The translations under genes were made by a program, and so were the position numbers. Shown here in pieces: positions 57,336-63,117 of a stretch of 64,000 nt of DNA (the stretch's first letter is position 1; each line of letters begins with the position of its first letter). The notes below the pieces were generated by a model. It ran no database searches, was not told the DNA's origin, and saw only the letters and a list, made by a program, of their open reading frames with translations. The DNA lies in IMG/VR virus record IMGVR_UViG_3300008110_010000, positions 155,356 to 219,355 of that record, one strand, 5' to 3'.

Positions 57336-57361
57336 TAATATCGAAAAGATATTTAGTTACT

Positions 57362-57388
57362 AAAACCAGCCAATGCGCTGGTTTTTTT
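57362..57388 (+). terminator. Rho-independent terminator
   Basis: AAAACCAGC-caatgc-GCTGGTTTT plus a T tract. Confidence 0.85.
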
Positions 57389-57396
57389 GTTTTCAA

Positions 57397-57404
57397 AATA
57401 TATA
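57397..57404 (+). promoter_or_regulatory. Late promoter AATATATA
   Basis: 17 nt before ATG 57422. Confidence 0.5.
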
Positions 57405-57421
57405 GAAGTAAATTTTATCTC

Positions 57422-58435
57422 ATGTCTACATCAAGACCATTTGCATATAATACGGGATCCGCTATAGCAGGTACCGATCAGGTAGGAAATCTAGCAATCG
57501 GATTTCCCACCTCCGGATTTGGATCTACCGGACTAGAATGGTGGAACGGACCTGACGAAGACCTTGGATATGTCATCGCCTGTCAGGTTCCTGATGAAAG
57601 TCAGCCTACCCCAGAAATGGGAAATTTAGCTTCTGTTGGCTTTTATAGAACCGGTCTTTTCACTGATGAATCTTTTATAGATCTGGCAGAATATATTGCT
57701 AGAGTGGTTTCAAACAATCCCCAAAATTTTGCAAACGGATCCGATGCTAAAACTTGGCTCAATAATAATGGGTATTGGACATCTTACACTTCACCATTGG
57801 TAACTTCTGGTTTGGTTCTTAGATTAAATGCATCTGATCCTGCCTCCTATTCAGGATCTGGGTCTACCTGGGTGGATCTGGCGGGAACCCAACAAAATGT
57901 AACATTATATAATTCCCCTTCATACACATCAGGACCTCCCTCATATTTTACTTTTAATGGATCTAGTCAATATGGACTGGGGTCTGGATCTGTTCTTCCT
58001 ACGACATCTTATACTAAATCCGTTTGGTTTTACCTAAATGGATATGCTGACAATAACATAGTTAGCGGAGATGGACATTTCATGTATATGGGGCCAGCGG
58101 GATCAACTCAGAAGATATATTGCGGACATTCAAATTGGGGAAATTATGTGGCATTTCCTTCCTCTGCAACTATAAATCTAAACACCTGGTATTATGCTGC
58201 TTTAACTTTCAACACTTCCGATGGCATGAAGCTTTATATTAATGGTGTATTGGACAGCACATACACCGCTAACAAAGGTGCACACCCAGGAACTGGTACG
58301 ATAAATCTGGCTACATTTAACGGAGGCAATCTAATGAATGGTAGAATTTCTAAAGTTTATTGCTATAATACCAGTTTAACCGGGCCTGAGGTTCTTCAAA
58401 ACTTTAATGCGGATAAATCAGAATTTGGCCTTTAG
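57422..58435 (+). CDS. LamG / concanavalin A-like lectin domain virion protein
   Basis: GLVLRLNASDPASYSGSGSTWVDL, YTKSVWF, WYYAALTF, MKLYINGV and GRISKVYCYNTSL motifs. Confidence 0.85.
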   Translation: MSTSRPFAYNTGSAIAGTDQVGNLAIGFPTSGFGSTGLEWWNGPDEDLGYVIACQVPDESQPTPEMGNLASVGFYRTGLFTDESFIDLAEYIARVVSNNPQNFANGSDAKTWLNNNGYWTSYTSPLVTSGLVLRLNASDPASYSGSGSTWVDLAGTQQNVTLYNSPSYTSGPPSYFTFNGSSQYGLGSGSVLPTTSYTKSVWFYLNGYADNNIVSGDGHFMYMGPAGSTQKIYCGHSNWGNYVAFPSSATINLNTWYYAALTFNTSDGMKLYINGVLDSTYTANKGAHPGTGTINLATFNGGNLMNGRISKVYCYNTSLTGPEVLQNFNADKSEFGL

Positions 58436-58478
58436 TATCAATTTTTCCGAAACAACCAGTGATCTTATTGCTTTAATC

Positions 58479-58486
58479 GATATATA
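58479..58486 (+). promoter_or_regulatory. Late promoter GATATATA
   Basis: 12 nt before ATG 58499; a GAAAC lies upstream at 58449. Confidence 0.55.
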
Positions 58487-58498
58487 AAACAACAAATT

Positions 58499-58717
58499 AT
58501 GGCTTATTATCAATGTAAAGTGACTTTTGACACAGGTGAGGTCAACAAGCAAGGAAAACCACAAATCACCAAAACAGTGATGCTGGTAGAGGCAACGGGG
58601 GTAACCGAAGCAGAAGCTAGAATCACGGAACACCTTAAATCCGATATTATGGATTTTGAAGTGACCTCGGTTGCTCTTTCCAATATCGAATCGGTGTTGC
58701 AAGAAAAAGACAAGTAA
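58499..58717 (+). CDS. DUF4494-like small protein
   Basis: YYQCKV...LVEATGVTEAEARI...DFEVTSV resembles Bacteroidota DUF4494. Confidence 0.65.
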   Translation: MAYYQCKVTFDTGEVNKQGKPQITKTVMLVEATGVTEAEARITEHLKSDIMDFEVTSVALSNIESVLQEKDK

Positions 58718-58719
58718 CA

Positions 58720-58920
58720 ATGAAAAACCAAAAATCTCCTGTAGACGAAAACAAAAAAGACGGTGGAGCAGCGGACACTTCCAATTATGAACCACCAATC
58801 AGTCCTGTTAAAATTCCAGATAATGATACTGGATTCAAAACAGTAAAAAAAGCCTACAGGAGATTTATTTGGACCTTAGATCAACATTCTGAGAAAAAGA
58901 TAAGAGGAAAGGATAAATAG
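58720..58920 (+). CDS. Hypothetical protein (66 aa)
   Basis: In operon; leader ends VDE-N. Confidence 0.5.
   Translation: MKNQKSPVDENKKDGGAADTSNYEPPISPVKIPDNDTGFKTVKKAYRRFIWTLDQHSEKKIRGKDK
58912..58919 (+). promoter_or_regulatory. Late promoter GATAAATA
   Basis: 13 nt before ATG 58933. Confidence 0.45.
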
Positions 58921-58932
58921 TAATAAAAAACT

Positions 58933-59289
58933 ATGCCTTCCCTTTCAAGAACACAACAAAGGCTTTTCGGTCAAGCATACGGGGTAAAGCTCTGGAAAAA
59001 GTCAGGGGGTAAAAGAGGTATTAATCCTAAAGACCTCAATCCTAAGTACAAAAAAGAAATTGAAAAATTAGCAGACAGTATGTCTATGGCTAAACTTAAA
59101 GATTTCGCGGAAACCAAACACAAAAGAATTCCCGAAGAAGTAAATGAGAAAGTGATCAAAGCATTATTTTTTAAACTTGATCCGGACTCTCAATACGATT
59201 CGTCTAAAGAGAAAGCAAGAAGGCTTGCTAATCTATCAGATTATAGAGAATTTTTACATAAGAAAAAAAGAGATAAAAATGCAAACTAA
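58933..59289 (+). CDS. DUF3008-like protein
   Basis: MPSLSRTQQRLFGQA...SMSMAKLKDFAETKHKRIPE pattern. Confidence 0.65.
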   Translation: MPSLSRTQQRLFGQAYGVKLWKKSGGKRGINPKDLNPKYKKEIEKLADSMSMAKLKDFAETKHKRIPEEVNEKVIKALFFKLDPDSQYDSSKEKARRLANLSDYREFLHKKKRDKNAN

Positions 59290-59746
59290 TCCTGTTAATG
59301 AAGGCTGTGGATGTGGCAAAAAAGCACAGTCTGAAACCGTTATTCAAAAAACCATCCAACAAGATCCTAATCTAGGAAAAATGGCGGATGTCTTAGATGG
59401 CAGAAGGGGTACTATTAACGATTCTATTAGAAACTCTAGAGGTGAGGTTATTGGATATGTTCTTAATAATGACAATGGTACTTTCAGAGTGTTTAAAGAT
59501 AAAGTCTCCAACATTTATGAAAGTGAAGGATCAATGGCAACCCTGCCTAATGTTTCCGGTATGGGTGAAGTACAAGCACCAACTAGAGACTCAGCAGGAT
59601 CTGGAGATCAGTTTCCAAGTTTAACTGCTGGAACCCCAGCTGCTAAAAAATCAAAGGGAAAGAAAGCAAAAGACGAGCCATCCCTTGCTAGTTCTGTTAT
59701 GGACTGGAAAAATTTTAGAAAAGCAATGCTTAAAAATCAGGGGTGA
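59279..59746 (+). CDS. Hypothetical protein (start revised to ATG 59279)
   Basis: MQTNPVNE leader, an SH3-like segment and a TLPNVSGMGEV...GSGDQF motif. Confidence 0.55.
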   Translation: MQTNPVNEGCGCGKKAQSETVIQKTIQQDPNLGKMADVLDGRRGTINDSIRNSRGEVIGYVLNNDNGTFRVFKDKVSNIYESEGSMATLPNVSGMGEVQAPTRDSAGSGDQFPSLTAGTPAAKKSKGKKAKDEPSLASSVMDWKNFRKAMLKNQG

Positions 59747-59830
59747 CAAAATTCCGGAATTTTTAAAAAATTCCGCCAAGATTGCTTGTTTATTTTCACT
59801 AATATGACTAAAATGCCTATTAATTCTAAT

Positions 59831-59846
59831 GGGCATTTTTATTGCA
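59831..59846 (+). promoter_or_regulatory. Putative sigma54-type (-24/-12) promoter
   Basis: GGGCATTTTTATTGCA has GG-N10-GC spacing and resembles TGGCACNNNNNTTGCW, 27 nt before the HSP20 ATG. Confidence 0.55.
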
Positions 59847-59873
59847 TATATGCGGTGAATATAATCAATAACT

Positions 59874-60233
59874 ATGTTAAAACTTTATTCGTCGCCTGCT
59901 TCAAGACTTTTAGATCTGTACAACGACATGGATGTTTTTCTAGGGAATCCAATTCCTTTGGAAAATGGAACACTAACACTCGATGTTCCTGGATTCTCCA
60001 AAAAAGACCTAATTGTTGAGATTGATCAGAATGAAAATCTTTTAACCATCAAAGGGGAAAAGGAAATTAACGGTAAATCCAGAAAGATCAGCAAGAGCAT
60101 CAGAGATTACAGACTGAGGAACATAGATCTTAAAAAGGTAGAAGCTAAAGTTGAGGACGGCGTTCTCTATATCGATTTTAAAGATGTCGAGGACAAGCTA
60201 AAAGAAACTAAAAGAGTCATTTCTTTAAATTAA
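59874..60233 (+). CDS. Small heat shock protein (HSP20 / alpha-crystallin)
   Basis: LDVPGFSKKDLIVEI...LTIKGEK...VEAKVEDGVLYIDF. Confidence 0.9.
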   Translation: MLKLYSSPASRLLDLYNDMDVFLGNPIPLENGTLTLDVPGFSKKDLIVEIDQNENLLTIKGEKEINGKSRKISKSIRDYRLRNIDLKKVEAKVEDGVLYIDFKDVEDKLKETKRVISLN

Positions 60234-60255
60234 TTTAGTTTCTTAAATTTGGTGT

Positions 60256-60642
60256 GTGGAAAAAATAGATTTGATTCAGACTCATTATTTAGGAGACCCA
60301 TGGAAGATAATGATCTCATGCATTCTCCTTAATCAAACTACTAACGTGCAAGTTAGACCGGTTGTCCGCCAGCTCTTTGAACGTTTTCCCACACCAGATT
60401 CTTTTAATTTGAATCACCATTTAGAAATAGCTAACATTCTTAAGCCCTGTGGATTTCAAAACATCAAAGCAAAGAGGATTATAGATTTCACAAGGGTTTG
60501 GAACTCTGGGGAAAGAGACCCAAATAAATTTCCTGGTATTGGTCCTTATGCTAGAGACGCATGGAAGATTTTTGTGGAAGGTAAGAAGGATTTTATTGCC
60601 TGTGATAAAAAGCTGAATCTATATCTTCAGCAATGTAACTAA
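60256..60642 (+). CDS. HhH-GPD DNA glycosylase, MBD4-like
   Basis: DPWKIMISCILLNQT, LKPCG, PGIGPYARDAWKIF and DKKLNLY parallel MBD4 DPWKLLIATIFLN, HGIGKYGNDSYRIF and DHKLNKY. GTG start. Confidence 0.85.
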   Translation: MEKIDLIQTHYLGDPWKIMISCILLNQTTNVQVRPVVRQLFERFPTPDSFNLNHHLEIANILKPCGFQNIKAKRIIDFTRVWNSGERDPNKFPGIGPYARDAWKIFVEGKKDFIACDKKLNLYLQQCN

Positions 60643-60664
60643 CGGGGATTCCTTGATATAATGT

Positions 60665-60696
60665 AACCAGTAAATGGTTCGGAACCTGGTTTTTTA
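60665..60696 (+). terminator. Possible terminator between convergent genes
   Basis: AACCAG...CTGGTT outer stem, GGTT-cgg-AACC inner stem and a T tract. Confidence 0.45.
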
Positions 60697-61059
60697 AGAA
60701 GAAGTAATTTTTAATCTATCCTCAATTATTTTTCTAAATCTTCTTGGGATCATTTTAATTCTATTGCCTGTGATTTTTTCTAACATTTTGATTGTTGAAA
60801 GATAAAATAAAGAGCTTCCTGGAATTGGTGAAGAAACAAAAATAACTATCAGGGGAGCAACCCTGGGAATATCAATTAGACTCTGTATGGCTTCTTTAAT
60901 CTCTTCCTCTGTTGGCTTAACTGCTTTTGAATTCACTACACTATTAATAGGATAAAAAAGAATTTCTGCAATTCCCCCCAAATCTTTACCTTCTAATTTC
61001 CACGCCTCAACCACTTCTTTTCCCAGGTCCTTTATCTCGTCTAATTTTAATTTAGTCAT
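60694..61059 (-). CDS. Hypothetical protein with a LETM1-like motif
   Basis: EEIKEAIQSLIDIPRVAPLIVIF..PIPGSSL...MIPRRF. It has its own AATATATA motif at 61066-61073 on the minus strand. Confidence 0.5.
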   Translation of the reverse strand: MTKLKLDEIKDLGKEVVEAWKLEGKDLGGIAEILFYPINSVVNSKAVKPTEEEIKEAIQSLIDIPRVAPLIVIFVSSPIPGSSLFYLSTIKMLEKITGNRIKMIPRRFRKIIEDRLKITSS

Positions 61060-61078
61060 ACTCTTTATATATTAATGC

Positions 61079-61106
61079 GAAACTAAGGCGGTTTCTTATG
61101 TATAAG
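61079..61106 (+). promoter_or_regulatory. Putative GAAAC-N17-TATAAG promoter for the DNA polymerase
   Basis: Same spacing as at 45000. Confidence 0.5.
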
Positions 61107-61113
61107 AATAGCT

Positions 61114-62523
61114 ATGATAATTGACGTTGAGAATTTAGGGGAGAATCTAAGAGTATCCCATTACACTGAAGAAGGAGATTTAGCCTATCTCGATTTAAAA
61201 ATTCCTCAAGCGGAAAGATATGTCTGGCGCAAATGTTCTGCTGCCGATAGGAGTCGTGAAAAGGGTTGGGCTTCTTGGGACGGTTTTCCTGTTAAGAAAC
61301 AGTCCACTTTGAAATACGACAAATATCGGTTAGTTGAACTTTTAGAATATTTTGATAAAGAGAAAACCAAACCCCTTTGGGATACACAAACTCCTAAAAA
61401 ATACTTTGTTGATATTGAGGTGGAGATCACAGACAATCGTGCTGATTCCCTAGACACTGTTAGAGCAAATAATAAAGTGCTCACTATTGCGATTGCATCA
61501 TCTCAAGGTAAAATTCTAATTCTTGGACTAGATAAATTGGATTCACCAAAGATCTTAAAAATAGAGCAGAGAGTCAATGAACATTTTAAAACACTTCCTT
61601 ACGATTTAAAATGGACTTTCAACTATAGATCCTTTGAGAGTGAGTTTGACATGATTTATACCTTTATGTCCAAACTCATGCATAAGATGCCTTTAATCAC
61701 AGGATGGAACTGGTTTGGATATGACTGGCCTTATCTGCTTAATCGTGCTAAGAAATTGGGTATTGATCCTAAGATTGCTTCACCTAGTGGAATTTTATTA
61801 GGTAAGGACCAAATTCCGATGCATGTGTTAATGGTCGATTACTTACAGATTTATAAAAAATGGGATAGAGTAATTAAGATCAGGGAATCAGATTCTCTGG
61901 ATTATGTTTCTAATGCTGCTTTAGGTGTAAGAAAAATTCATTACCAAGGCACATTGAAAGATCTATATGAATCTGATTTTGAGACGTATATCTTCTATAA
62001 CGCAATTGACTCTTGTCTAGTACATTATATTGATCAGAAGCTAAACACATTAGCTACTTTCTTTAAAATAGCAAACGTAAGTGGTGTAGAGATTAATAGA
62101 GCTCTTTCTCCTGTTTGGACAACAGAAGTCCTTATGTCAAGAAAATTTCTGGCTAGAAACAGAGTGATAGTTTGGGAAAGAACTGAGGAGGAACACACAA
62201 AATTCGAAGGAGCTTATGTGAAGCAACCTATTAAAGGATTACATGAATGGGTAGTTTGTTTTGACTTTGCTTCTCTGTATCCTAATACTATGATGCAATG
62301 GGGTTTATCTCCTGAGATCTTTATTGGTAAGAATCTAGCAAATCCTCCAGAAGGAGCAATTAAGACTGCGGGAGGAGCTTATTTTCATTCCAAGAATGGG
62401 GAAGAACCAGTTTTAAGAGACGTATTAACCACACTATATGCAATGAGAAAATCAGCCAAGAAAAAATACTTGGAATGCGAAATTAAAATCACAGAATTAG
62501 AAGAAATATTAAAATCAAGATAA
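61114..62523 (+). CDS. Family B DNA polymerase, N-terminal subunit only (T4 gp43A-like: exonuclease, motif A, first fingers helix)
   Basis: ExoI FVDIE, ExoII GWNWFGYDWPYL, ExoIII YNAID and motif A CFDFASLYP are present. KxxxNSxYG and YxDTDS are absent. Confidence 0.9.
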   Translation: MIIDVENLGENLRVSHYTEEGDLAYLDLKIPQAERYVWRKCSAADRSREKGWASWDGFPVKKQSTLKYDKYRLVELLEYFDKEKTKPLWDTQTPKKYFVDIEVEITDNRADSLDTVRANNKVLTIAIASSQGKILILGLDKLDSPKILKIEQRVNEHFKTLPYDLKWTFNYRSFESEFDMIYTFMSKLMHKMPLITGWNWFGYDWPYLLNRAKKLGIDPKIASPSGILLGKDQIPMHVLMVDYLQIYKKWDRVIKIRESDSLDYVSNAALGVRKIHYQGTLKDLYESDFETYIFYNAIDSCLVHYIDQKLNTLATFFKIANVSGVEINRALSPVWTTEVLMSRKFLARNRVIVWERTEEEHTKFEGAYVKQPIKGLHEWVVCFDFASLYPNTMMQWGLSPEIFIGKNLANPPEGAIKTAGGAYFHSKNGEEPVLRDVLTTLYAMRKSAKKKYLECEIKITELEEILKSR

Positions 62524-62524
62524 T

Positions 62525-63004
62525 ATGGCAAACGTAGATAATTCATGCGCACATTTAGAAGTTGAAGATGTATTTACAGAGTCTTCAAATACCTTAGAAG
62601 ATCTTTATAACCTGCAGAAAGACATTCAGGAAAATGTTTATGGATACAACTTCGAAGAATTAAGAAATAAACCTCTGAATGAATTTAGACAATTTTTTGA
62701 TTGGAACTATCACGCCATTCAGGATGAATTAAGGGAAACTTTCGATGCACTAGGTGGAATCAAGGATGGTATTGGTAACGGTGTATGGAAACCGTGGAAG
62801 AAAGCATATCACGAAAAAGCACCCAATATGACTTTCAATGAGCTCTCAGATTCTGATAAAAAAGAATTACAAATGGAATTAATTGATATTCAGCACTTTC
62901 TTTTTAATATGATGCTTGCTGCTGGATTAGATCCTAAAGACTTGATGAACATGTATTTTGCCAAGAACAAGGAGAACAGAGAGCGTCAAAAAAGAGGATA
63001 TTAA
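62525..63004 (+). CDS. Dimeric all-alpha dUTPase/dCTPase (dUTPase_2 / T4 gp56-like)
   Basis: QDELRE, WKPWKK, MELIDIQHFL and KNKENRERQKRGY motifs. Confidence 0.85.
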   Translation: MANVDNSCAHLEVEDVFTESSNTLEDLYNLQKDIQENVYGYNFEELRNKPLNEFRQFFDWNYHAIQDELRETFDALGGIKDGIGNGVWKPWKKAYHEKAPNMTFNELSDSDKKELQMELIDIQHFLFNMMLAAGLDPKDLMNMYFAKNKENRERQKRGY

Positions 63005-63028
63005 GATCCAATATTCCGCGTTTTTTTG

Positions 63029-63054
63029 AAAGAAGATCGTTGATCTTCTTTTTT
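63029..63054 (+). terminator. Rho-independent terminator
   Basis: AAAGAAGATC-gtt-GATCTTCTTT plus a T tract. Confidence 0.8.
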
Positions 63055-63087
63055 GTTGTGTATTTACACCGTAACCTAAATAATGAT

Positions 63088-63095
63088 GATATATA
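63088..63095 (+). promoter_or_regulatory. Late promoter GATATATA
   Basis: 22 nt before TTG 63118. Confidence 0.55.
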
Positions 63096-63117
63096 GGGAG
63101 AATAAAAGTATTTAGAG

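Noticed and set aside
59177-59278. Supplied start of the 59177-59746 ORF
   Set aside because: It would overlap the DUF3008-like gene by more than 110 nt. ATG 59279 has an A-rich leader and yields the shared ...VNE leader.
59747-59873. CIRCE/HrcA operator before HSP20
   Set aside because: No TTAGCACTC-N9-GAGTGCTAA match.
60244-60251. TAAATTTG as a host promoter for the glycosylase
   Set aside because: Only 4 nt from the start codon, and the motif occurs readily by chance in AT-rich DNA.
62440-62620. Frameshift or intron restoring a full-length polymerase
   Set aside because: No motif B or C in the other frames, the downstream gene is an intact dUTPase-like ORF, and there is no room for an intron.
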